64,000 nt of DNA from an uncultured Actinomycetes bacterium (GTDB lineage: Bacteria; Actinomycetota; Thermoleophilia; UBA2241). The notes beneath the pieces were generated by a model, which was given only the letters and a program-made list of their open reading frames with translations, was not told the origin of the DNA and did no database searches. Numbering within the stretch: the stretch's first letter is position 1; each line of letters opens with the position of its first letter. Shown in pieces: positions 38,193 through 47,967 of this stretch. Location: assembly GCA_963725665.1 (NCBI GenBank), contig CAVRZA010000004.1, positions 589,834-653,833 of the forward strand, given 5' to 3'. The position numbers were made by a program, and so were the translations under genes.

Positions 38193-40454
38193 ATGAGGTC
38201 CATCTTCTCGACTGGAGGGCTCGCGCGCGCCAGTGCTCGTCATCCCTGGCTCGTCTTGGGCGTGTGGGTGCTCGCGGTCGTCGCGGCGGCAGGTTTGATC
38301 GCGACGTTGTTCGGCAGCGCCTTTGTCGCCACCAATACCTTCGTGGGCAATCCCGATTCCAAGAAGGGTCAGACCTTGCTCGAGCAACGTTTGACCGGTC
38401 CGGAGAAGGCCACCGAGCTCGTCATCGTGCAGTCGTCGGCTCTCACCGTGCGCGATCCCGCCTTCAAACAGTTCGTTCAGGACCTCTACGGCCGGATCGG
38501 CTCGCTCGGTAAGTCGGTCGTGGCCGGGGGCACGACCTTCTATCAGACGGGCGACAAGGGCCTCGTGTCCAAAGACGGTCGCGCCACGCTGATCCCCATC
38601 ACGATGTCGGGCTCGCTAAATACCGCCCAGGACAACGTGCCCAAGCTCAACGACATCGTGGCTCAGGCCGACGGGCAAGGCGGCTTCACGACTCTCGTGA
38701 CGGGCCAGGCGAGCGTGCAGCACGACTTCTCGAACGTTGCCGGCACCGACCTGCGGCGCGGTGAGTCGATCGGCGCGCCCATCGCCCTCATCGTGCTGCT
38801 GATCGTCTTCGGCGCCGTCGTGGCCGCCACGATCCCGCTCGGCCTGTCGCTGGTGGCGATCACGCTGGCCATGGCGCTCACGGCCGTCATCGGGTCGATC
38901 AGCAACCTGTCAGTGTTCGCCATCAACATCATCAGCATGATGGGCCTCGCGGTCGGCATCGACTACTCGCTCTTCGTGGTGTCGCGCTTCCGGGAGGAGC
39001 GCCTGGGAGGGCGCGACAAGATCGAAGCCATCGGCGTGGCCGGCGATACCGCCACCCGCGCGGTCTTCTTCAGCGGCATGACCGTCGTCTTCGCGCTGCT
39101 GGGCGTGCTCATCGTGCCGACGTCGATCTTCATCAGCCTGGCGGTCGGCGCCATCAGCGTCGTCGTCATGGCCGTTCTGGCAGCCCTGACCCTCCTTCCA
39201 GCCGTGTTGAGCATTCTCGGCGATCGGATCAACCGGCTGCGGCTGCCGTTCCTTAGCACGGCGCAGACCGGCGGGCCGGGCGAGGAGGAGCGCGAGCGCT
39301 TCTGGGCGCGCTTCTCGCACCGCATCATGCGCCGGCCGCGCCTGGCGCTGGTGGTGGCCGTCGGTGTCCTGCTCGCGCTCGCCTCGCCCGTGTTGACCAT
39401 GCACACGGGCGCCACGGGTGTGGGCTCGCTGCCCAACAACCTCGAGTCGAAGCAGGGTTTCCTGGCGCTGAACCGCAACTTCATCGCGGGGGCTCTCAAC
39501 CCAGTGCAGATCGTGGTCGACGGCAACGTCAACTCGGCGGCGGTCAAGGGAGCCATAGCCGGCCTCGAGACGCGACTCGCAAGCCGGCCGGTCTTCGGCC
39601 CGCTGCAGGTGCAGCCTTCTCCACGCGGAGACCTGACGCTCATCCAGACGCCCCTGACAGTCGATCCTTCGGGTACGGCCGCCACCGCGGCGGTGAAGGA
39701 CCTGCGTGAGACCCTGATCCCGGCGGCGTTCGCCGGCGTGCCGGCCAACGTCTACGTGACCGGACAGACGGCGCTGAACGTCGACTATGTGGGTATCGTG
39801 AACACCTACCTGCCGTGGGTGTTCGCCCTGGTGCTCGGCCTCAGCTTCATCCTCCTCATGGTGGCCTTCCGCTCCCTGGTCGTGCCGGCCACAGCGATCG
39901 TGATGAACCTGCTCAGCGTGGGGGCGGCTTACGGCCTGCTGGTGCTGGTCTTCCAGCACGGTGTCGGGGCGCGCTTGTTCGGCTTCCAGACCGTCCCCTT
40001 CATCGAGGCCTGGGTGCCGCTGATGCTCTTCAGTGTCCTGTTCGGCCTCTCCATGGACTACCAGGTCTTCCTGCTGAGCCGCATCCGGGAGCGCTACGAC
40101 CACACGGGGGACACGCGGGACGCCGTGGCGCAGGGGATCGGACGTACGGCGGGCCTCATCACGGGTGCCGCCTTGATCATGGTGGCCGTCTTCGGCGGCG
40201 TCGCCACCGGCAACCTGGTCATGTTCCAGCAGATCGGCTTCGGTCTCGCCGTCAGCATCCTCCTAGACGCGACGCTGATCCGCGTCGTGCTCGTGCCGTC
40301 GGCGATGAGCCTGCTCGGGCGGGCGAACTGGTACCTGCCGCGCTGGCTCGGCTGGCTGCCGCGCGTGACGGTGGAGGGGCCTCAGCCGGTGCCCTCGGGC
40401 GTTGCCGCCGCGGCGCCGGTCGCCGGCGAGTCCGACGACAAGGCGGCCGCGTAG
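38193..40454 (+). CDS. MMPL family transporter
   Basis: 'GLAVGIDYSLFVVSRFREE' and 'LFGLSMDYQVFLLSRIRE'. Confidence 0.95.
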   Translation: MRSIFSTGGLARASARHPWLVLGVWVLAVVAAAGLIATLFGSAFVATNTFVGNPDSKKGQTLLEQRLTGPEKATELVIVQSSALTVRDPAFKQFVQDLYGRIGSLGKSVVAGGTTFYQTGDKGLVSKDGRATLIPITMSGSLNTAQDNVPKLNDIVAQADGQGGFTTLVTGQASVQHDFSNVAGTDLRRGESIGAPIALIVLLIVFGAVVAATIPLGLSLVAITLAMALTAVIGSISNLSVFAINIISMMGLAVGIDYSLFVVSRFREERLGGRDKIEAIGVAGDTATRAVFFSGMTVVFALLGVLIVPTSIFISLAVGAISVVVMAVLAALTLLPAVLSILGDRINRLRLPFLSTAQTGGPGEEERERFWARFSHRIMRRPRLALVVAVGVLLALASPVLTMHTGATGVGSLPNNLESKQGFLALNRNFIAGALNPVQIVVDGNVNSAAVKGAIAGLETRLASRPVFGPLQVQPSPRGDLTLIQTPLTVDPSGTAATAAVKDLRETLIPAAFAGVPANVYVTGQTALNVDYVGIVNTYLPWVFALVLGLSFILLMVAFRSLVVPATAIVMNLLSVGAAYGLLVLVFQHGVGARLFGFQTVPFIEAWVPLMLFSVLFGLSMDYQVFLLSRIRERYDHTGDTRDAVAQGIGRTAGLITGAALIMVAVFGGVATGNLVMFQQIGFGLAVSILLDATLIRVVLVPSAMSLLGRANWYLPRWLGWLPRVTVEGPQPVPSGVAAAAPVAGESDDKAAA

Positions 40455-40463
40455 CCGGGATGA

Positions 40464-41879
40464 TTAGCGCTGCAGTTTCGCCAGCGCCATGTCGGACCCG
40501 GTGACGGCGTCGACGACGGTGCCCGTGACGAACACGGCGCCCGGCGCCAGGGCGAGGCTGACCGCCTCATTTGCGCTGCCGTTGGCCGTGCCCTTGTACG
40601 TGGTGAGCCAGAGTCGCTGGGAGAGGTTTCGCGGGTACTGCGCGACCACGGCGGAAGTGACGCCCGTGCCGCTCGTAGTGAAACCCCCGACGAACACGTC
40701 GCCCGCCGCATCGCAGGCGATGGTGCCGAAGGCGTCGGCCAGGTAGCCGCCGCCGTCGTAGCTCGCCAAGCTGCGAGACAGACCGTTCGGTGCGACGCTC
40801 ATGACGAGGCCGTCGGGGTGCGTACCCAGGGCGACCGTTCTGCCGGCGGCATGCACCCAGCCGCCGCCGTCGACGGCGACGTCGGCGATCTCGTCGCGTC
40901 CGGCCTTCCCGGTGACGACCCACCTCCACCCTTCGGCCCCCGCGGCCGAGTACTTCACCATGAGGGCGTCAACGCCGGAGCCTTGGTATCTCGTGTGGCC
41001 GCCGGCGAACACAGCGCCGTTCGCGCCGAGCGCGACAGAGGTCAGAGCGTCACCGTGCGTGCCGCCGCTCTGCCGCCGGACCCAGAGCAACTCGCCGGAG
41101 GCCGAGTACTTGAGCAGGAGCCCGGCCGTCTGAGAGTTGCGCGCGAGGGCGGTCGAGCCGACGACGACCGCACTCCCGTTGCGGTCGACGGCGACATCGG
41201 CGCCCCTGTCGGCGCGGTGGGCGGCGCCGTCCCACGTGCGCAGCCAGAGCCGCTTGCCCGCGGGCGTGTACTTGGCGAGCGCCGCGTTGGCGCCGCTGCC
41301 GCGCCTGGAGTTCCAGCCGGCGACGAGCACGTTGCCGGAACGGTCGAGGACCAGGGCGCTGGCCTTGTCTGGCCCCGAGGCGCCGCCGATGAAGCGCTGC
41401 CAGAGGAGCTCGCCGGTGGAGCTGAACTTGAGAACGACGAGGTCGCGGCTGCCTGCACGAGTGGTCTGGCCGGCCACGTAGACGGCGCCGGCCGGGCTCA
41501 CGTCGACGCTCGTTGCGGCGTCGGGCCCGTGACCCGGTCCGTCGTATGGTGTCGCCCAGAGTGATCCGTCGGTGGCGCGTGCGACAAGGACGATGTCCGA
41601 ACCGCCTCGGCCAGCCCGGAGCGTGCCGGCGGCGTACACCGTGCCGTTCTCGCCGACCGCCACGGCGCTGCCGCGGTCGACACCCGAGCCGACGGGCGGA
41701 TAGGCCCGGAGCCAGAGTAGCTCGCCGGGGGCGATAGCCAGCGCCGCGAGGGGCGCGGCGAGCGCAGCGAGGCCGGCCAGCGTCAGCAGGGCCACGAGAC
41801 ACAGAGCGCTCCGTGTTGCCGAGAACCTGCGCGCAGCCGCGCGCTGCGATGAGCGTCGAAACGCTCTGTTACCGAGCAT
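40464..41879 (-). CDS. Secreted beta-propeller repeat (SBBP-like) protein
   Basis: Signal peptide, repeated 'VAVDxxGxVxVAGxT...D.LLKY...G..LW' units; AAGGAAGG RBS. Confidence 0.8.
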   Translation of the reverse strand: MLGNRAFRRSSQRAAARRFSATRSALCLVALLTLAGLAALAAPLAALAIAPGELLWLRAYPPVGSGVDRGSAVAVGENGTVYAAGTLRAGRGGSDIVLVARATDGSLWATPYDGPGHGPDAATSVDVSPAGAVYVAGQTTRAGSRDLVVLKFSSTGELLWQRFIGGASGPDKASALVLDRSGNVLVAGWNSRRGSGANAALAKYTPAGKRLWLRTWDGAAHRADRGADVAVDRNGSAVVVGSTALARNSQTAGLLLKYSASGELLWVRRQSGGTHGDALTSVALGANGAVFAGGHTRYQGSGVDALMVKYSAAGAEGWRWVVTGKAGRDEIADVAVDGGGWVHAAGRTVALGTHPDGLVMSVAPNGLSRSLASYDGGGYLADAFGTIACDAAGDVFVGGFTTSGTGVTSAVVAQYPRNLSQRLWLTTYKGTANGSANEAVSLALAPGAVFVTGTVVDAVTGSDMALAKLQR

Positions 41880-42153
41880 GATGGACACCTTCCTTCGCGC
41901 CGTTCGAGCACGACAAGTATAGGACCGCTGGTGACGCAGAGTCCGGGCAACCGTCGTCCGGCCAGACAACGAGCTCCACTGCCCCGCTTCTTCGACGCCG
42001 AAGTCCTCCCGCGACGTCGAGGGCTCCGGCGGGCCATTTCCTATCATTGCTGTCAGATTAGCAACCTTACGACCGGGGTACCGGTAGACCGTGCTGTGGA
42101 ACGGGCCACTCGAGACCGCGTCTCTCGTGGACCGACCGACGGAAGGGGGATCC

Positions 42154-42603
42154 ATGGCCACCGTAGAGCAGTCGATCGAGGTCGACGTACCGCTCGTGAG
42201 CGTGCAGGAGGGTTGGGAGCGATTCGCCGAGTGGGTCCTCATCGGCAACTACCGCCTCGTCTGCGACGCCTTGAGCTGCGAGCGATTGACGGACGGGGAG
42301 ACGGTGAGCTTCACCGGGCTCGGCAGTAGTCGCTCGCGGATCACCGTCCACTTCGACTTCGATGATGCGTCGTCTCCCGACCCCGCCGAGAAGCTGCGCC
42401 ACATCAGCACGCGGCTCGCCCAGGACCTAATGTACTTCCGGGAGTACCTGGACACGGACCTCACCGGGCGCTATCGCGAGACTCGCGAGCAGAGGGGCGG
42501 GACCGCCCGCGACGACCGTGCGGGCCGCTCGCGTCTGACGCCGGATTCCTTGATCGAGCGCGATGACGAGGACACGTTCGGAAGCCCGCACTACCAGGCG
42601 TGA
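42154..42603 (+). CDS. SRPBCC/cyclase-like protein
   Basis: 'TVEQSIEVDVP...W.RF' and 'QDLMYFREYL'. Confidence 0.65.
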   Translation: MATVEQSIEVDVPLVSVQEGWERFAEWVLIGNYRLVCDALSCERLTDGETVSFTGLGSSRSRITVHFDFDDASSPDPAEKLRHISTRLAQDLMYFREYLDTDLTGRYRETREQRGGTARDDRAGRSRLTPDSLIERDDEDTFGSPHYQA

Positions 42604-42610
42604 ACTTCAG

Positions 42611-42646
42611 AGCCGCGCGCGAGGCTCTCGAGCCTCGCGCGCGGCT
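42611..42646. terminator. Hairpin between convergent genes
   Basis: agccgcgcgcgaggct-ctcg-agcctcgcgcgcggct. Confidence 0.65.
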
Positions 42647-42647
42647 C

Positions 42648-44339
42648 TCACCGCGACGGAGGCGTCTCTGTCCGCAGCGTCACCGGCCGGCGGGCTGCTT
42701 CGTCGCCCGCGAACTGACCCAGCCTCGTCCCCGTGAAGAGCGCCGGGACGACGGCGATGAAGGCCGCCAGCGCTGCGGCGTAGAACGGCCAGCGGAACGA
42801 ACCCGCGATGTTGTCCTTGTAGATGGCCGCGATGTGGCTCGAGAGTTGCTGCTGCATCTGCGCCTGGGGTGATCCGGCCGGATACTGCGGTGCTCCTGCC
42901 AGAGGGTCCTTCAGCCGCGCGCCGGCCTCGCCGCCCGCCTTCATCTTGGCCGCGCTGGTGACGATGTCGCCGGCGATCTGCTTTCGCGCCGCCGCGGGGA
43001 TCTGCTGCTGCGCGGCGACGTAGGCGACGGCTTGCCGCGTCGCCGTGGCCGCGGTCGTGGCCACGGTGTGCGTGAAGATCGAGACGAGGATCGCTACACC
43101 CAGCACGAAGCCTATCTGGCGCACCATATTGAGCGAGCCCGAGCCGACTCCCCGTGACTGCATCGGCAACGAGCTGACTGAAGCGGCCGACAAGGTCGGC
43201 ATCGCGAAGCCCATGCCGGCGCCCAGGAAGACGACGCGCCACATGGCGTCGGGCAGCGTCGTGGATGCGTCCATCTGCGCCAGGAGCACAAGCCCGACCC
43301 CCATGCTCACGGCGCCGATAGCCGCGGGGAAGCGCGGTCCGATGCGGTCGACCAGGCGGCCCGAGTTGGGGGCGATGACGAGGGCGACGAGCGGCATGAT
43401 CGTCAGCGCCAGGGCGGCGTTCAGCTCGCTGTATCCGAGCACGTTCACGAGGAAGATGACGAGGAGGAGAAAGGCGCCCCCCATGGCTGTGGCGAAGGCG
43501 AGCATGGCCGAGTTGGCGGCGGTGAACGAGCGGATGCGCAGGAGTCTGAAGTCGAACATGGGGAAGCGGGCTCCGCGCAGCTCCCAGATCACGAAGAGAG
43601 GGTAGCTCACGACTGCCAGGACGAGCAGCGTGACGATGCGCGCCGAGCTCCAGCCCCAGCTGTTGCCCTCGATCAGGCCGAGGGTGAGACAGAAGAGACC
43701 GAACGCAGCGATGCCCATGCCGACGAAGTCGATGCCTTCGCTGGTGAGCCTCTCGGTGTGCTTCGCCTCGGGGATGACGCTGAGCGCGAACAGGAACGCG
43801 GCGATGCCGATGGGGATGTTGACGAAGAAGATCCAGTGCCAGCTGAAGTACTCGACCAGGACGCCCCCCAGGCTCGGTCCCACGGCTGCGGCCGCGGTGC
43901 CGAGGGCGCCCCAGATGCCCACGGCCATGCCTTGCTGCTCGCGTGGGAACACGCCCAGGAGGATGGCGAGGGAGACGGGCGCCATCGCGGCGCCGCCCAC
44001 AGCCTGTCCGACGCGGAAAGCGATCAGCCACTCGATGTTGGGCGCCAGGCCACAGAAGAGCGAGAAGAGGGTGAACATGGCCAAGCCGAACAGGAAGATG
44101 CGCTTCTGCCCCCAGCGGTCGGCGAGCACGCCCATGGAGAGGAACAGCACCGCCAGCGTGAGGTTGTAGGCGTTCAGCACCCACGAGACCTTCGTCACTG
44201 TCGTCCCTAGGTCGCTGATGATCGCCGGCACGGCGATGTTGACGATGGTCACGTCGAGGAGGGCCATGAACATGCCCAGCGAGACGGCGGCGAGAATCCA
44301 CCAGCGCCTCGGGTCCACGGTCACGGCGGCATCACTCAT
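42648..44339 (-). CDS. DHA2 (EmrB/QacA) MFS transporter
   Basis: Start MSDAAV (GGAG RBS); 'LLDVTIVNIAVP', 'ADRWGQKR', 'WHWIFFVNIPIG'. Confidence 0.92.
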   Translation of the reverse strand: MSDAAVTVDPRRWWILAAVSLGMFMALLDVTIVNIAVPAIISDLGTTVTKVSWVLNAYNLTLAVLFLSMGVLADRWGQKRIFLFGLAMFTLFSLFCGLAPNIEWLIAFRVGQAVGGAAMAPVSLAILLGVFPREQQGMAVGIWGALGTAAAAVGPSLGGVLVEYFSWHWIFFVNIPIGIAAFLFALSVIPEAKHTERLTSEGIDFVGMGIAAFGLFCLTLGLIEGNSWGWSSARIVTLLVLAVVSYPLFVIWELRGARFPMFDFRLLRIRSFTAANSAMLAFATAMGGAFLLLVIFLVNVLGYSELNAALALTIMPLVALVIAPNSGRLVDRIGPRFPAAIGAVSMGVGLVLLAQMDASTTLPDAMWRVVFLGAGMGFAMPTLSAASVSSLPMQSRGVGSGSLNMVRQIGFVLGVAILVSIFTHTVATTAATATRQAVAYVAAQQQIPAAARKQIAGDIVTSAAKMKAGGEAGARLKDPLAGAPQYPAGSPQAQMQQQLSSHIAAIYKDNIAGSFRWPFYAAALAAFIAVVPALFTGTRLGQFAGDEAARRPVTLRTETPPSR

Positions 44340-44385
44340 CAGTTCTCCTTGTCGTCCGGGCAGCCGCCCGCCTACGAGACACCGA

Positions 44386-45951
44386 CTAGAGCAGCTCGGA
44401 CAGTCCCGCCTTCTGCTTGCCGCGCAGGGCGTCGGGCGCCGGCAGGCGCCCGACGCGCATGAGCGCGGCGAAGGCGCCGGTCTCTGCGCTCTGCGTGCCG
44501 CACGCCGCCACGAGCCTGCCGCCCTTCGCGTAGAAGGCGGTGAAGTCGCGCTTCTCGATGTCGCCGCAGACGATGAGGTCGTCGAAGCCCTGACCCGCGC
44601 CGACGTAGTCGAAGGCGCGGGTGAACTGCTGCGTCCAGAAGAACGGCACGCCGGTGAACGGCCGGCCTCTGCCGGCCATGGACGCCGCAGCCGCCCGCCC
44701 GAGCTGTTCGGCGAGGCGCCAGTGCTCGATGCGCACGCGCTCGCCGGTGTGGGCCTCTGGGTAGCGCGCGACGTCGCCGGCGGCCCACACGCCGGGCGCC
44801 AGGCGCAGCTCCTCGTCGACCGGCAGGCCGCCGTCCGCGTCGCGCGGCACGCCCCGCACGAACGCCGTGTTAGGCACGACGCCGACGCCGACGACGACGA
44901 CGTCGGCGGGGAGCGTCGAGCCGTCGTCGAGCTCGACCGCGGCGACCGTGCCCTCACCGGTGAACCGCGCCACATTGCGGCCGAGGCTAAACCGCGTGCC
45001 CTTCTTCTCGTGCAGGTCCATGATCGTGCGCCCGACGGGCTCGCCCAGGACGCGCGCGAAGGGCACGGCGTCGGGTCCCACCACCGTCACCGACAGACCT
45101 CGCGCCAGCAGGCTGGTGGCGACCTCCATGCCGATGAAGCTCGAGCCGACGACGACGGCGTTCGTGGCGCCGTCGAGAGCCGCGATGATGGCCTCGCAGT
45201 CGTCCCAGGAGCGCAAGGTGAAGACCCCATCGAGGTCGGCGCCCGGGATCTCCAGGAGGCGCGGCGAGGAGCCGGTGGCCACCAGAACGGCATCGGCGGA
45301 GAGGCCGGTACCGTCCGCGAGGGTGACCGTGCGCGTGGGCACATCGAGAGCGGTGATCCGTCCTGCTATGCGCTGGACGCCGCGTTTCTCGTAGAAGCCG
45401 GGGGAACGCAGCGGCAGCCAGTCGGCCTTCATCTCGCCGGCCAGGTAGTCCTTGCTCAGGTTCGGCCGGTCGTAGGGCCAGCGGTCCTCCTGGGTGATGA
45501 CCAGGATGCGCCCCTCGTAGCCCTCCTCGCGTAGGGCTTCGACGGCCGTCGCCGCGGCGGCACCGCCGCCCAGGATGGCGAAGGTGCGTGGGTCGCGCGA
45601 TGTGTCGCAGGTAGAGTGGGGCATCGGGCGCTGCGACTTGGCGTCGTCGGGACGGTCGACGTAGATGTCGCTGCCCTCGACGCGCACTGTGAAGCTCGGG
45701 ATGGCGTCGAGCGGCGGCGGTTCGAGCAGGTCGCCGGTGCGCACGTCGAAGGTCCCCTGATGGTAGGGACAGGTGATGCGACCGTCATGGAGAGTGCCCT
45801 CGGGCAGCGGGCCGCCGTAGTGCGGGCAGCGCGCGCCGGTGGCGTGATGGGCGCCGTCGACCTTGGCCAGCAAGACCTTCTTGCCGCCCACCTCGACCTG
45901 CTTCATCTGCCCGTCCTGGAGCTCCTCGGTGCTTGCCACGCGCTCTTCCAT
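44386..45951 (-). CDS. Rieske [2Fe-2S] / FAD-dependent ferredoxin reductase fusion (AIFM3-like)
   Basis: 'CPHYG...CPYH', 'LGGGAAA', 'PYDRPNLSK', 'RIEHW', 'VPFFWT'. Confidence 0.92.
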   Translation of the reverse strand: MEERVASTEELQDGQMKQVEVGGKKVLLAKVDGAHHATGARCPHYGGPLPEGTLHDGRITCPYHQGTFDVRTGDLLEPPPLDAIPSFTVRVEGSDIYVDRPDDAKSQRPMPHSTCDTSRDPRTFAILGGGAAAATAVEALREEGYEGRILVITQEDRWPYDRPNLSKDYLAGEMKADWLPLRSPGFYEKRGVQRIAGRITALDVPTRTVTLADGTGLSADAVLVATGSSPRLLEIPGADLDGVFTLRSWDDCEAIIAALDGATNAVVVGSSFIGMEVATSLLARGLSVTVVGPDAVPFARVLGEPVGRTIMDLHEKKGTRFSLGRNVARFTGEGTVAAVELDDGSTLPADVVVVGVGVVPNTAFVRGVPRDADGGLPVDEELRLAPGVWAAGDVARYPEAHTGERVRIEHWRLAEQLGRAAAASMAGRGRPFTGVPFFWTQQFTRAFDYVGAGQGFDDLIVCGDIEKRDFTAFYAKGGRLVAACGTQSAETGAFAALMRVGRLPAPDALRGKQKAGLSELL

Positions 45952-46085
45952 GCCTTCGTCTCCCGGTCGTCAGGACGGCCGCGCGGCCCGGCGCCGCGCG
46001 TGTCGTTGCGCCGCGCGGCGCCGGGCCGCGCGGCGGACCCAAGCCTACTACAGACCGTTGCGGCGCAGTCCGCGGCTGTCCGGCG

Positions 46086-46439
46086 CTAGTCGGTGTCGAG
46101 CGGCGCGCCGCGCTGGCGCTTCTTCTGCGCGCGGCGCGCCTTCTCGACGAGGCGCCGCTCGACGGCTGCCGTAGAGGGTCGCGTCGGCCGCCTGGGCGGC
46201 GCCTCGTAGGCCAGAGTCTCGAGGCGTTCGCGCAGGCGGCGCAGGCAGGTGGTCTTGTTCTGGAGCTGGCTCCGCCGGGCGCGGCAGGTGACGACGATGC
46301 CAGTGGGGCGGTGGCGCAGGCGGACGCCGCTGTCGGTCACGTTCTGGTGCTGGCCTCCTGGTCCGCCGGAGCGAAACGTCTCGACGTCACACTGCGCCAG
46401 GAGCTCGTCGTCGGACTCGGATATCTCTTCCGCAGTCAT
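46086..46439 (-). CDS. arfB: ArfB-like ribosome rescue peptidyl-tRNA hydrolase
   Basis: 'RSGGPGGQHQN', 'RSQLQNK', basic tail 'RRPTRPS...RRLVEKARRAQKKRQR'. Confidence 0.82.
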   Translation of the reverse strand: MTAEEISESDDELLAQCDVETFRSGGPGGQHQNVTDSGVRLRHRPTGIVVTCRARRSQLQNKTTCLRRLRERLETLAYEAPPRRPTRPSTAAVERRLVEKARRAQKKRQRGAPLDTD

Positions 46440-46534
46440 CCTGCCTCGGAGTCTTCCACCCACCGTCGAGGCCCGCAAGCACGCCACCCTTGAGCTGGGT
46501 GCACTGCGCGCTCCTTGGGGGTACACTTGCGGCG

Positions 46535-46590
46535 GACCCGCGAGCGAGGAAGGCCCTTCGGGGCTGTAAAGCTCACGGGTCTTTGTCGTT
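46535..46590 (+). ncRNA. Candidate small RNA mimicking 16S rRNA helix 16
   Basis: GACCCG-C-GAGC-GAGGAAG-GCCC-TTCG-GGGC-TGTAAA-GCTC-A-CGGGTC then TTTGTCGTT; TACACT -10-like box at 46522. Confidence 0.5.
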
Positions 46591-46679
46591 CGCTGAAAGT
46601 CCTCTCCGTTCCACGACGGGCTCCCAGGTGCGCCGGCCGGTCCTCACCGTTCGCCCGCCGACGCTCGTCGCCTGGCCGC

Positions 46680-46746
46680 CACCGAGTCATCGGGGCGGGC
46701 CCTCGTCAGTCGCCGTCACCGACTCATCGGAACGAGCCCTCGTCAG
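46680..46746. repeat. Imperfect direct repeat (30 bp, period 37)
   Basis: caccgagtcatcggggcgggccctcgtcag vs caccgactcatcggaacgagccctcgtcag. Confidence 0.65.
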
Positions 46747-47915
46747 CCGGCCTCGGTCGAGACGGGGTAGATGGTGCTCTCGTTGAGGTTCGTCACGACC
46801 CTGCGATAGCCGCACAGCTCGGCGTTGAGATCGTCGTCCCCGGTGTCGACCAGGAGTGGGCGCTCCTCGAGCGCGAGCAGCTTCTGATGGGTCGCTACGA
46901 CCACGATGTTGTCCAGGCCGACCTGGCGCAGCACGCGCGGGCTGATCTGCTGGTTGCCGCGTCCGAAGATGTGACCCTGGCCGCCGATGGCCGTCACGAC
47001 GACGGTCGCCGGCCGCTCGGCCGTGAGCCGCAAGAGGTCGTTCTCGCTGACGTCGCTCGCGACCACCGCGCGCTCGCCCACCACGTCGACGCCTAGCAAC
47101 GTGTTGGGCAGCTCCAGGATGCGCATGATGCCGCGCGTCGTCGTGCCGGGTCCGATGACATAGAGCCGGCCCGGCTGCATGCCGTTGACGACCTCGCTGG
47201 CGATACCCTCCAGGGCTACGGCGTCGCTTCCGCCGGCGCCGGCCTTGGCGCTCTGCAGGAGGTTGCGCTGGTAGGGCACGCGCAGGTAGCCGTAGAGGCG
47301 CGCCGAGACCCGATCCTCTCTGAAGGCCTCCTCATCGATGTCCATGACCTCGGCCTCACGCAGCTCTACGCCGCGCGCCTCAGGCCTGAAGAAGAGAGCG
47401 GCGAGGTCGCCGGCCGCCGCCGGCGTGGTCGCATAGACGGCGGAGTGGATCTTGACCCCCGCCGGGATGCCCAGCGTGGCGATCTCTGTGCCGATGGCGT
47501 CGTAGATGTTGCGCGCGGTGCCGTCGCCGCCGGCGAAGAGCAGCAGGTCGACACCGATGTCGCGCATCGCGCGGGCCGCGTTGACGGTGTCCTCGGCGGT
47601 CGTGGCCGGCGCGCCGTCGGGCAGCGGAGCGCCCCACGGCGCGCCGATGACGCTGTCGAGGACGCGGGGCGTGAAGCCGGCAGCGACGGCCTCGTCGGCG
47701 CCCATCTCGCCGGGGCAGGTCACGAGGTCGATGTCGCCGGCCAGGCCGGCGAGGCGCGCGAGGGCCTGCTGGGCGCGGCGCGGGCTCTCCCGCGCCGCGC
47801 CCAGCTCGAGCGCGCGCCGCAAGATCTCGATGCCGTCGCTTCCCTTGAGCCCGACGCGGCCGCCGACCCCCGCTACGGGGTTGACTATCAGGCCCAGCGT
47901 CTTGCGTTGCGTCAT
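46743..47915 (-). CDS. ATP-NAD kinase family (AcoX-like) protein
   Basis: 'GLIVNPVAGVGGRVGLKGSDG', 'FAGGDGTARN', 'GIPAGVKIHS', 'GRGNQQ'. Confidence 0.88.
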   Translation of the reverse strand: MTQRKTLGLIVNPVAGVGGRVGLKGSDGIEILRRALELGAARESPRRAQQALARLAGLAGDIDLVTCPGEMGADEAVAAGFTPRVLDSVIGAPWGAPLPDGAPATTAEDTVNAARAMRDIGVDLLLFAGGDGTARNIYDAIGTEIATLGIPAGVKIHSAVYATTPAAAGDLAALFFRPEARGVELREAEVMDIDEEAFREDRVSARLYGYLRVPYQRNLLQSAKAGAGGSDAVALEGIASEVVNGMQPGRLYVIGPGTTTRGIMRILELPNTLLGVDVVGERAVVASDVSENDLLRLTAERPATVVVTAIGGQGHIFGRGNQQISPRVLRQVGLDNIVVVATHQKLLALEERPLLVDTGDDDLNAELCGYRRVVTNLNESTIYPVSTEAG

Positions 47916-47967
47916 CTCTGCTTCAGGGTCGTGGCGTCTCGGAGTAGCAGGGCGGGCGCAAGGCGGG

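Noticed and set aside
46535-46581. A 16S rRNA gene or gene fragment
   Set aside because: Similarity is limited to helix 16 and the flanks are not rRNA; kept as a mimic candidate only
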